This document shows positions 1 to 8,343 of a DNA stretch of 64,000 bases, in pieces. The position numbers were made by a program, and so were the translations under genes. Source of the DNA: Vitreimonas sp. (GTDB taxonomy: Bacteria > Patescibacteriota > Microgenomatia > UBA1400 > PJMF01); contig DASPLQ010000012.1 in assembly GCA_035627515.1 (NCBI GenBank), positions 199,269-263,268 of the forward strand. Direction: 5' to 3'. The notes under the pieces were generated by a model. That model worked only from the letters and a program-made list of their open reading frames with translations, made no database searches and was not told the origin of the DNA. Position 1 is the first letter of the stretch. Every line of letters begins with the position of its first letter.

Positions 1-681
1 CCAGGTGTGATGCCGGCGGCCAGGATCAATCATCATCGCGTTGACGGGTCTAAAGTTGGCCTCTCCCCCCTTTTCCAGCAGATGATGACCAGCACTAAAA
101 TACACACCTTGCCGCTGCATTTTGATCCCTTGCTTATGCTGTGCTTGATCTTTATTGGCTGGCCACAAACTGCCCTCGGTAGTACCGATCACAATCGTGG
201 CTGGGACTGGGATATGTGGCAAACGGCCAACCTCAAGGATATAGCTGGTAAATACCTGAACTAAATTGACATCGGCTTGTTTATTAATTCCCACGCGATG
301 GGTGAATTCAGGGTGGACATCGAGCACCACGGACTGGCGTTGCTTGTTACCGAGATGGCCAGGTTTAAGCCAATTTTCGTGACCAGTCAACTCAGCAAAA
401 TATGCTGACCACAGACTCAAATCCACCCCTGCAACTCGGGAAAAATGAGCCAAGGCTTCGCCCAAGTGCAAGAACGTCGGCACCTGAGCTGCTGAGTGAG
501 GTTTTTCGATCATTACTTGTGGTTCATTCTGGTGTTGGGGATCAATATACATCCACAATGGTGGCAACTGAGCCTCTTTGACAACATCAGCAATTTGGAA
601 AGCTACCGCTCGGCCGGCTTTCAACTCGCTGCCTGCTGCGGCGATTGCTTGATTAATTATTTCTTGATTTCCGTGTGACAT
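1..681 (-). CDS. Hypothetical protein, 3' end beyond the window edge (MSHGNQEIINQAIAAAGSELKAG...)
   Basis: Manually translated, 227 codons open from ATG 681 to position 1; absent from the ORF track because it has no stop in the window. Confidence 0.75.
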   Translation of the reverse strand, partial: MSHGNQEIINQAIAAAGSELKAGRAVAFQIADVVKEAQLPPLWMYIDPQHQNEPQVMIEKPHSAAQVPTFLHLGEALAHFSRVAGVDLSLWSAYFAELTGHENWLKPGHLGNKQRQSVVLDVHPEFTHRVGINKQADVNLVQVFTSYILEVGRLPHIPVPATIVIGTTEGSLWPANKDQAQHKQGIKMQRQGVYFSAGHHLLEKGGEANFRPVNAMMIDPGRRHHTW

Positions 682-710
682 AGTTTACTTTCTGAATATT
701 TTTTATAACT

Positions 711-736
711 AAAAACCCCCTGCTTGCGCGGGGGGT
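711..736 (-). terminator. Intrinsic terminator / attenuator hairpin in the 5' leader of the 1..681 gene
   Basis: Minus strand ACCCCCCGC-GCAA-GCAGGGGGT followed by TTTT; GNRA loop. Confidence 0.75.
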
Positions 737-765
737 GAATGGCTTGGTGAATTTGTTTTTAGGCT

Positions 766-843
766 TTAACAGGCATCACGCACTCCCCGCTTCAAAGTGG
801 GGGTGCAACAACAAATGGAAGTGATCACAAAATGAGAACTCAT
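766..843 (-). CDS. Putative attenuator leader peptide MSSHFVITSICCCTPTLKRGVRDAC
   Basis: 25-codon uORF between a TATAGT -10-like box and the terminator; three tandem Cys codons. Confidence 0.55.
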   Translation of the reverse strand: MSSHFVITSICCCTPTLKRGVRDAC

Positions 844-905
844 GACTGTTGGTACTATACTGGGGCGAGGGAAAAATGAACAGTGGGAAAGCTATTGGTG
901 AAGGC

Positions 906-1547
906 TTAATTCGCGCTCTGTGGCCCACTGAGCGTCTTGCGATCTTGTTCCAGTTTCTGGACAGCCTTAGGTTTCTTAGCGCCAGGACCGACTGGACCTT
1001 TTTTGGTACTACTCGGTAGCTCGACGCTATTAGCTTTCTGCTGTTCTTCTTGTTGCTTGCGCATCTGCTTTTCTTGTTCTTCTTGCTGTTTCTTTTTCAT
1101 GGCCAATTGATATTTTTCGCGGGCCACTTGCTGTTCCTCTTCAGTCAATTTATTGAAGCGATTCAGCATCTGCTTCTTTTTGGCTTGCAGCGCGGGATCG
1201 TCTTCAGCCGGTTTGATTCCCAACATGGCATTCAGATCAAAAATACTTAGCAAACCTTTGAGAATATCTTTGGCCGGTCGCTGGACCACTTCTTCCACAA
1301 TCGTGCCCACAGGGCGTGGAGCGGCCTGTTTGCTATCAGGAGTCATCGGTCCCAACGGACCAGCTTGACCACCAGGAGCGCCAGCCCCACCCGCCTGAGT
1401 AGCACTGGCTGCCATTTGACTCATCGCTTTTTGCTGCATCGCAGCCTGAGCATCATTTTCACCTAAGTGTTCATCACTAAAATTACCCAGGCTTTGGTTA
1501 AAACCACCCATGGGGCGTGGACGAGCAGTTGGGGCAGGACCAAACAT
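906..1547 (-). CDS. Hypothetical protein, Q/K/E-rich coiled coil
   Basis: 213-aa ORF, low complexity, no family recognised. Confidence 0.7.
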   Translation of the reverse strand: MFGPAPTARPRPMGGFNQSLGNFSDEHLGENDAQAAMQQKAMSQMAASATQAGGAGAPGGQAGPLGPMTPDSKQAAPRPVGTIVEEVVQRPAKDILKGLLSIFDLNAMLGIKPAEDDPALQAKKKQMLNRFNKLTEEEQQVAREKYQLAMKKKQQEEQEKQMRKQQEEQQKANSVELPSSTKKGPVGPGAKKPKAVQKLEQDRKTLSGPQSAN

Positions 1548-1558
1548 AATTTAAAGCG

Positions 1559-1597
1559 TCCGCCAGCGGGCGGAAGTAATTAAGTAACTAAGTAATT
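1559..1597. repeat. Short GC palindrome TCCGCCAGCGGGCGGA plus 8-bp periodic AT tail (REP-like, copy 1)
   Basis: Near match at 16770-16785. Confidence 0.4.
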
Positions 1598-1601
1598 GCG
1601 T

Positions 1602-2048
1602 TCAGACTTTCTTATGACCGAGCTGGACAATCTCAAAACCATCCGTTGCCGCTACTTTGGCTGCATCGGCTTCTTCTTTTGCGTGCTCTTGAGACACTTT
1701 AGCTTGGTATTCAGGAGTTTGTTCAATTTGTTTCAAATCAGCTAGTTGTTGCGTTAAAAGTTGTTGATCCACGATTTTTTGTTGCTCGATGCGAGCTTGA
1801 ATCTCGGCTAATTTAGCCGCTTCATCGGCACTAGTAGCAGCGGGGTCGGCAGCCACAGCCCCTGCAGATTGTGCGCTTTCTGCAGCTGGCGCACCTGCAC
1901 CGGCTTTATTTTTAGCGTCACCTAAGATTTCCTCGAGAATTTCTAAAGGGCTTTTTTGCGGCATTCCACCTGGTTGACCAGCAGCGGTTGGTTGGCCTCC
2001 AGCCTGGGGATCGACAACGGGCAAAGGTGATTGAGAGGCGTCATTCAT
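1602..2048 (-). CDS. Hypothetical protein, A/Q-rich
   Basis: 148-aa ORF co-oriented with neighbours. Confidence 0.7.
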   Translation of the reverse strand: MNDASQSPLPVVDPQAGGQPTAAGQPGGMPQKSPLEILEEILGDAKNKAGAGAPAAESAQSAGAVAADPAATSADEAAKLAEIQARIEQQKIVDQQLLTQQLADLKQIEQTPEYQAKVSQEHAKEEADAAKVAATDGFEIVQLGHKKV

Positions 2049-2115
2049 ACTCTAAAGATATCAGGTTCGGTGACCACGCAGCAAGTACCGACTCGAGAAG
2101 TAGCTTAAACTATAA

Positions 2116-2146
2116 ACCCTGCCTGATGTATGACACCAGACAGGGC
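2116..2146 (-). terminator. Probable terminator downstream of hpf
   Basis: Imperfect inverted repeat CCCTG.CTG...CAG.CAGGG next to a short T run on the minus strand. Confidence 0.45.
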
Positions 2147-2176
2147 TCATCGAGATACTAATAACTACTTGCTTGG

Positions 2177-2527
2177 CTAGCCAGTCCAGCCAGCATCACC
2201 CAGATGCCAGCGTGAGGAACGCTTAGCCGTCAAGCGGCGCTCTTTTAAACGACTCAGGCCCTCTTTCGCGCGGGCAGTAACTTCTACAACGGCTTCATAC
2301 ATATCGCGAGCTCGGCGCTCTACCACGATGTCTTTGCCTGGCACGGCTACTTTCATCCGGGCAATAGCAGCTTGGACGTCATTTTTCTTGCGCCCGACGC
2401 TTTCGAGGAAAACAGTAATAGTATTAACGCGTTGTTGGCGGCGAAGAATTTTTTCCGCTTGGCGCTCAATAAAAGTGCGCAGCGCTTCAGTAACTTGTAA
2501 CGTTTTAGATTGGATCAAGACTTTCAT
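2177..2527 (-). CDS. hpf: Ribosome hibernation promoting factor (RaiA/HPF, S30AE family)
   Basis: LQVTEALRTFIE N-terminus and VPGKDIV...DMYEAV signature. Confidence 0.85.
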   Translation of the reverse strand: MKVLIQSKTLQVTEALRTFIERQAEKILRRQQRVNTITVFLESVGRKKNDVQAAIARMKVAVPGKDIVVERRARDMYEAVVEVTARAKEGLSRLKERRLTAKRSSRWHLGDAGWTG

Positions 2528-2602
2528 CTTTCTCCTTTCTACAGTTGTCTTTTACCACCTTCATCAGACAACCGTGTAGTAATAATAGGCCAGTTGTCGC
2601 GC

Positions 2603-2636
2603 AAAAAAACCACCTCTCAGCTCGTGAGTTAGGTGG
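2603..2636 (-). terminator. Leader terminator upstream of hpf
   Basis: CCACCT(AA)CTCA-CGAGC-TGAG-AGGTGG followed by T7. Confidence 0.7.
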
Positions 2637-2664
2637 CCAGCATGTGATAACAAAATGTCATCAT
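2629..2664 (-). CDS. Putative leader peptide MMTFCYHMLAT
   Basis: uORF whose stop codon lies in the 5' arm of the hpf leader terminator. Confidence 0.4.
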   Translation of the reverse strand: MMTFCYHMLAT

Positions 2665-2751
2665 CTTACGCTAAATATATCAAAAATTTAGGGACAGGCA
2701 ATGCATCACAGTGGTGTTGATTAAACACGTATCGTACTCAAAACTCATCTT

Positions 2752-3375
2752 TTACATGCTGCGGCGGCCTTCGAGGGCTCGCGCAATCGTGGTGCCATCA
2801 GCATACTCAATATCAGCTCCAATCGGCAACCCATGGCCAATCCGGGTAATCCTCAGTTGGGTCTCACTCCCCTGTCGTTCTTGTGCTTGTTTGACTAATT
2901 CTGTAATGTATAAAGCTGTGGCTTCACCTTCCATAGTGGGATTGGTAGATAGAATTAGCTCGGTCACTCCCTCTAAGCGCTTTAAGATATCGCGCAAATA
3001 TAATTGATCAGGTCCTACGTTATTTAATGGTGAAATGGCCCCGTGCAAAACATGATATTTGCCTTGGTATCGCTCTGAACGCTCGATCGCTAACAAATCT
3101 AATGGCTGCTCTACCACACACAAGATTGATGCTTCACGACTGGTATCCCCACAGATGTCACACGGATCACTCTCGCTGACGTTATGGCACTGGCTACACA
3201 ACACTGTCTCGCGCTTCAGTGCCGTCAACCGTTCCGCAAAATCCACCAGTTCATGCTCAGGATTATGCAGTAAATAAAATACTAATCGCTGAGCCGACTT
3301 CGGCCCAATACCAGGTAACCGTTCAAATTTTTCAATCAAGCGCCGCACCGCGCGGGGAAGTTTTGCCATTGCCAT
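2752..3375 (-). CDS. recR: Recombination mediator RecR
   Basis: LPGIGPKSAQRL HhH, C4 zinc finger, YHVLHG and NPTMEGEATA Toprim motifs. Confidence 0.97.
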   Translation of the reverse strand: MAMAKLPRAVRRLIEKFERLPGIGPKSAQRLVFYLLHNPEHELVDFAERLTALKRETVLCSQCHNVSESDPCDICGDTSREASILCVVEQPLDLLAIERSERYQGKYHVLHGAISPLNNVGPDQLYLRDILKRLEGVTELILSTNPTMEGEATALYITELVKQAQERQGSETQLRITRIGHGLPIGADIEYADGTTIARALEGRRSM

Positions 3376-3498
3376 ACTGGGGCATGGTAGCAGATTAATG
3401 AAGGTGTGTCAGTAGTAAGGCGTGCATCCTCTTACAATTTCTTAATTTCTTTTAGATAATGACAGCATATAATTGCGCTCTACTTTGGCTATTCAGAC

Positions 3499-3957
3499 AT
3501 GAATCAAAAACAAAGAATCGAACTAGAAACTTTTTTAAATCAGTACTCACCTCCTACTTTTCCCAGTACGGACCAAGAGCGAGATGCTATTCCAGTTATG
3601 CAAAATATTGAAAGTTATTTTTTGGAAGTCTTAAAAGACCCTGGATTACGATCTCTGTTCATAACTTCCAGTGGCATCATTTTAAAAATTATTACGCCCT
3701 ATTTCGAAATAGCCAACGATGCAGATCACACCGCCAATCAGCCACTTTCCCAAATTGAGGCGCTTCTACTCAAGGTTTTTTCGGATGAAAGTCTGCAATC
3801 GACAGACATTGATTTCGAGCTCGCAAATAACCTCAGAAGAATGTTAATTGTCTCAAAACATCCTTTGACCCAAAAATATTTGCTTCATATCCTAGGCGTT
3901 TTATCCGAACCTAACAGTGCAATTCTTCTTAACTCTGCTGAGGATCGCTACCACTAG
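3499..3957 (+). CDS. Hypothetical protein
   Basis: 152-aa ATG ORF with an upstream TATAAT. Confidence 0.6.
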   Translation: MNQKQRIELETFLNQYSPPTFPSTDQERDAIPVMQNIESYFLEVLKDPGLRSLFITSSGIILKIITPYFEIANDADHTANQPLSQIEALLLKVFSDESLQSTDIDFELANNLRRMLIVSKHPLTQKYLLHILGVLSEPNSAILLNSAEDRYH

Positions 3958-4765
3958 CACTAAACGTTATTCCTTTTTTAGGTTGAGCATTTTTTATTTC
4001 ATCTATACGTCGCGTCATTCGTTTTTGATGATACTCTTCTGTCCCTGTCACACGAGCTGGATTAACAGGTATTCCGCCACCAGTAGCAGTACTACTGGGA
4101 CGATTAGCAGGAACTGTGCCATATTTTTGTCGAAGATAGGCTAAGTTTATAATTGGCTTTTCAGGAGGAGCAACTGGTTCCATTGTTTGTAAATCTTTAG
4201 GACCTTCACCTGGAATATTCTCAGCGGAAACAGAAGGCGATGTCTCCACTTCTAAAGGTAAAACTGCCGGTTGGATAGCTTCAGCTTCTGGGTTAGAGCC
4301 CTCTGCTGCCAAAACCTCAGGTATAACCATTTCTTGTTGTTGACGAGGATCACCAGTTAAAGCACCCTTTTCCCGCTCAACTACCCTTTTATCACCAGTC
4401 ACAGTCCAACCTTCGAGACTCCTTCGAGTTGCATCTCGAACTGTAGAGGGATTTAAACCTTTTTGTTCAAACCAATCACCTGTCTTTGCTCCTTGATGTG
4501 TTTCGGTACTTATATCTTCTAAAGGCTGACTTAGAGCCTTATTAATTAGAGCAATTTGTTCTGTTTCTGGAAGTGTAGCCACACTACCTCTAGCCCGCTC
4601 AGCTTTCATTCTCAGCTCATCTAACTGTCTTTTAGCTTCTATTGCCTCTAAAATTTCTTGTTTTGCTTTTTGTGCTCCTGGTGAAAGTTCAAAGCTCGTT
4701 TTTACGGCAGCATTTCCAACACCCGCTGCTGCAGCTGCTCCAGCTCCTTCAAGATTTTCTAACAT
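3929..4765 (-). CDS. Hypothetical protein
   Basis: Long ORF; start set to the ATG at 4765 preceded by AGGAG. Confidence 0.65.
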   Translation of the reverse strand: MLENLEGAGAAAAAGVGNAAVKTSFELSPGAQKAKQEILEAIEAKRQLDELRMKAERARGSVATLPETEQIALINKALSQPLEDISTETHQGAKTGDWFEQKGLNPSTVRDATRRSLEGWTVTGDKRVVEREKGALTGDPRQQQEMVIPEVLAAEGSNPEAEAIQPAVLPLEVETSPSVSAENIPGEGPKDLQTMEPVAPPEKPIINLAYLRQKYGTVPANRPSSTATGGGIPVNPARVTGTEEYHQKRMTRRIDEIKNAQPKKGITFSASGSDPQQS

Positions 4766-4828
4766 AAGACTCCTTTTTATACAGTAAGTATAACCACTTT
4801 TTCCCTTGTCCGTCAATTTACGACAGTT

Positions 4829-5089
4829 TTAAACTCGGGCTTCTACCTGAGTATTTTTTTCTCCCACTCTTTTCTCCAAAAACAACACTAACACGTGAGC
4901 CTGCACAGAAATGTCGATGAGTTGGCGGGCAACGAGCATTAGGCCGGCTTGCTCCTCATATAAACTGGCAATCGCTTTTGATTCTAAGTACACATTTTGG
5001 GCTAGTTGATGTGCTTGGGTGTAGTGGCGCTGATCGCAAAGCTGTTTAGCCTGCAAAAAATGGCGGCGGTAGTGTTCTAATGTTGGCAT
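4829..5089 (-). CDS. Hypothetical small helical protein
   Basis: AGGAGG RBS before ATG 5089. Confidence 0.55.
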   Translation of the reverse strand: MPTLEHYRRHFLQAKQLCDQRHYTQAHQLAQNVYLESKAIASLYEEQAGLMLVARQLIDISVQAHVLVLFLEKRVGEKNTQVEARV

Positions 5090-5164
5090 ATGCCTCCTGT
5101 ATGTGTGATTAATACCTACAGGAGACAATAGCCTGCTAAGCTTGCAACGATCCCTACAAAAAAA

Positions 5165-6388
5165 TTAATTTTTACTGAGTTGCTCCACGAAAGCATCAAA
5201 TGCAGCTTGGTTTCTAGCCACATGAGCATCAAGGATATCTGCTCCAAATCGCTTTCGGATAATACTCTGACCTTCTGGTTGTTTGAGCGGTTTGAAAACT
5301 ACCGCTTGTCCTAGTTTTTGAAAACCCATTGCCCAAGCCTCATCGAAAGCGTCTTGTTCTGTTTGATCAGAATGTTTCAACCAAAATGCCACTTTCTGCG
5401 TCAGTAACTTCAACTCTTCCAAAGCTTTAAACTTCACACCCATATCTTGTACTGCGGCAGTATCGGCTTGGTATTTAGTACCATCAGGCTTTTGCTCACC
5501 TTTGACACGATTTAAGTAGCCTTTGTCGTTGAGACCAAAAATTACGTCCCCTACCTTCACCTTCACATCTTTAATACCCCAACTTTGCAACGTTTCCATA
5601 AAGAGTGTGATGCCTTCTTGATAACCCATCGTACCATAAAACACTACTTCTCTAATCTTGACCCCAGCTTCCAACAATGAGTAAATCCCTGCCAAGGCCG
5701 AACCACCAGTTGCCAAACAATCATCAGGCACAACTAAGCGGATGCCATCGGGATGTTGATTATTTACCTCTGATATATCTTCCTGCCAGGGTCCCAAGCC
5801 AAATAACATCTTATCTTTTTTATTGGCTTCAGTACCTTCTCCTCCGCTCTTCTCTTTAGTATCTAATCGCTTGGCATTGACCGTCAAAAACCGACCATCA
5901 GGGTTAAACCGATGTTGGTTTCGCGCTCCACCTGATAACAAAATCATCGAGTAGGTATCAGGGGTCATAGTCCCGTGAAAATCGCGACTATTCAGCTCGG
6001 CAACGTTGTCGATGTTTTGGCCATAGACTTTGAGTTTATCGGCTATATATCCTTGGTTGGTCTCACGATCATCCATCTCGATCAAAACCTGCGCCACCTC
6101 ATGCATTTGGCGTGCCATTTCTGGATCTTCGAGACTGTGAACCGTGACTCCGTCCGGCAGTTGGTCTTTTTCGGTCCAACGATTTTGTGGCTCCACTGTC
6201 TTACCAATAATATCTTGAATCGATTGGCCTAAATCAATGATTTCGACAAATTTATCTGTGGGAAAGTGATCATGATCGGCTGGCTTTAAATTTGCCAAGG
6301 CCACCGCCAACATTTGCAGTTCTGCCCAGCTACTCGGCTGCTCGGCTCGGTAACGTGTTGCCTCAGCTGGATTAATGCCTGCTGTCAT
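5165..6388 (-). CDS. Divergent type I phosphoribosyltransferase, UPRT-like, with N-terminal extension
   Basis: VVPDDCLATGGSA PRPP loop; GLNDKGYL and QDMG resemble UPRT LNEKGYI and GDAG. Confidence 0.65.
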   Translation of the reverse strand: MTAGINPAEATRYRAEQPSSWAELQMLAVALANLKPADHDHFPTDKFVEIIDLGQSIQDIIGKTVEPQNRWTEKDQLPDGVTVHSLEDPEMARQMHEVAQVLIEMDDRETNQGYIADKLKVYGQNIDNVAELNSRDFHGTMTPDTYSMILLSGGARNQHRFNPDGRFLTVNAKRLDTKEKSGGEGTEANKKDKMLFGLGPWQEDISEVNNQHPDGIRLVVPDDCLATGGSALAGIYSLLEAGVKIREVVFYGTMGYQEGITLFMETLQSWGIKDVKVKVGDVIFGLNDKGYLNRVKGEQKPDGTKYQADTAAVQDMGVKFKALEELKLLTQKVAFWLKHSDQTEQDAFDEAWAMGFQKLGQAVVFKPLKQPEGQSIIRKRFGADILDAHVARNQAAFDAFVEQLSKN

Positions 6389-6439
6389 AATCTCCTCCTC
6401 AAATTAGTTATTACTAATGTATGACTCATTAAGTCGAGA

Positions 6440-7477
6440 TCAAGCCACCGCCTGCAAAGAGTTGTTGGCAGTTTGCGTTTCATAAATCATTCTCTCTATA
6501 AAGCGCAGCGGCGCACCTTGGATTTGGGTAATCAGGGTCATTTCTGGTGAAATCGAACCTTCTGTGGGGTTGAACAGTTGGTCTGCCAAATCTTGATAAT
6601 ATTCAGGATACAGAGCTGGGAGGACGGGCTGTGACATAAACAACTCCCACAAACCTTCGGGGCTGTAATTAATAGCTTCGTTGATGGGTGCCCCACCAGA
6701 GGCCTCTGGATCACCTAGTACTCGGCTTAACTGATCAGGTGAGATCGGAACTTCTAGTGTCAACTCATGTACCTGTGGTTCAATGTCTCGACCCAGGTGC
6801 AACATTGCTACTGCCGTGGTGTGCCGCACTACATCGTATTCTTGGTAAGTTTTTAATAAATACTCTTTCATCCAAGAATACGTCACATAGCCTGCCATGA
6901 CGTCACCAGTGGCGTGCCACTGCTTAAGCTCGCGTTTGGGAAATCCAAGTTGGTGAATGGTCTTGCCTACTTCGTGCATGTGATTTTTGGCGTCTACTCC
7001 ACCATTGACGGTGTCCATAGTGAAAGCTACTACGTTGGTGTGACCAGGGTGAGTGGCTGCCCAGTATTCTTTAAACCAGCGCATTTTATTGATAGCTTCT
7101 TGAGCTGGGTTATTACCTTTACCTTCACCAGCAGTGGAAACTCCATACATCGGCACTCCATGGAAATATCCTAAGAAAAGAACTCCCGCAAATGAACCGT
7201 CACCATTTCTGACATGATTGACCATAAACCGCTGATGAGCCACTGCACCCTCTTTATGAGCAGGAAATTCACCCGTGAGTTGACTGTGATAGTTCATGTG
7301 TTTGCGCGTACTGCCACTGAGGTCAAAGACTGCTTCAGGAGGGTTGTCACCCCAGTACTCGTAATCAGGTTCCACTGAGTCATCCCAGGCTGCTTCTACA
7401 AATTGTGTAATGAGTTCACCTTTTGTAACCTTATTTGGTATGTAAAGCGGTTGGTACTCGGCAGCGTATTTATTCAT
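6440..7477 (-). CDS. Divergent Maf-like nucleoside triphosphate pyrophosphatase
   Basis: Motifs in Maf order: LSGSTRK, AINK, MDTV..GK, HTTAV, GDPEASGG, IQGAPL. Confidence 0.55.
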   Translation of the reverse strand: MNKYAAEYQPLYIPNKVTKGELITQFVEAAWDDSVEPDYEYWGDNPPEAVFDLSGSTRKHMNYHSQLTGEFPAHKEGAVAHQRFMVNHVRNGDGSFAGVLFLGYFHGVPMYGVSTAGEGKGNNPAQEAINKMRWFKEYWAATHPGHTNVVAFTMDTVNGGVDAKNHMHEVGKTIHQLGFPKRELKQWHATGDVMAGYVTYSWMKEYLLKTYQEYDVVRHTTAVAMLHLGRDIEPQVHELTLEVPISPDQLSRVLGDPEASGGAPINEAINYSPEGLWELFMSQPVLPALYPEYYQDLADQLFNPTEGSISPEMTLITQIQGAPLRFIERMIYETQTANNSLQAVA

Positions 7478-7483
7478 AAGCGC

Positions 7484-7510
7484 AAAAAAAATCCCGAGCT
7501 TAGCTCGGGA
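7484..7510 (-). terminator. Leader terminator 2, directly upstream of the Maf-like start codon
   Basis: TCCCGAGC-TAA-GCTCGGGA followed by T8. Confidence 0.8.
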
Positions 7511-7570
7511 CAATAATAATAATTACTGGGGCCTGCGATCTCTCGCCGGCGATGTTTTCTGAAACTGGTC

Positions 7571-7596
7571 AAAAAAAAACTAGTGACTGGCACTAG
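7571..7596 (-). terminator. Leader terminator 1, just downstream of a TATAAT box
   Basis: CTAGTG-CCAGT-CACTAG followed by T9. Confidence 0.65.
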
Positions 7597-7694
7597 AATC
7601 TAGATTATAAGCAGCAACATGGACCCTCACAAGTAGCAATTTACACACCGGATACTTACGTCTGGAAAGGGGCACTTTTGCTGGAAAAGACGCC

Positions 7695-8324
7695 TTAAAT
7701 CTTTAACTTATTTTTGACTTGGAGCCAAATCTCTTCTTCTACTTCGTCGAGCTCATGATTAGCGTCAATTGTCACCCACCGCTTACCTTTATTCTCTTCG
7801 GCTAAGGTTAGGTAGGCCTCGCGGACTTTTTGGTGGAACTCGCTTGCTTCCATATCTAAGCGGTCCATTTTGCCACTTTTCTCTCTTCTTTCCAAACCAA
7901 CTTCTACTGGCAAATCAAGCAAAAACGTTAAGTTCGGATACGTATGTTTCGTAGAAATGTCATTCAAACTTTCAATCATATCTTTACCGAAACCACGCAC
8001 TAATCCTTGGTAAGCAACTGAGCTATCTCGTGACCGATCCATCAGCACTACTTTGCCCGCTTCCAAAGAAGGTAAGACAATCTCCCGATAAATTTGCGCC
8101 CGAGCAGCTTGGAATAGCAGTACTTCAGTAGTGAAGGCAATGCCAATATTTTTACTGGAGAGTACCACTTCGCGAATTTGTTCAGAGATGACTGTACCAC
8201 CCGGTTCGCGAAGTACTATCACGTCTTTGCCAGCGGCCAGCAGCCGCTCACGCAACCGCACAATTTGGGTGGTTTTACCACCGCCCTCACCACCTTCAAA
8301 CGTGATTAAAAAACCTTTAGACAT
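7695..8324 (-). CDS. tmk: Thymidylate kinase
   Basis: ITFEGGEGGGKTT P-loop, REPGG, DRSRDSSVAYQG. Confidence 0.95.
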   Translation of the reverse strand: MSKGFLITFEGGEGGGKTTQIVRLRERLLAAGKDVIVLREPGGTVISEQIREVVLSSKNIGIAFTTEVLLFQAARAQIYREIVLPSLEAGKVVLMDRSRDSSVAYQGLVRGFGKDMIESLNDISTKHTYPNLTFLLDLPVEVGLERREKSGKMDRLDMEASEFHQKVREAYLTLAEENKGKRWVTIDANHELDEVEEEIWLQVKNKLKI

Positions 8325-8343
8325 GGTTGAGTTCCTTGGTAGC

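Noticed and set aside
7-678. Plus-strand ORFs 7..264 and 496..678
   Set aside because: Antisense to the longer open minus-strand frame 681..1, which has a promoter and leader
7600-7620. MLLLII mini-ORF as a Leu/Ile leader peptide
   Set aside because: It contains the likely -10 box TATAAT, so its ATG would lie upstream of the transcription start
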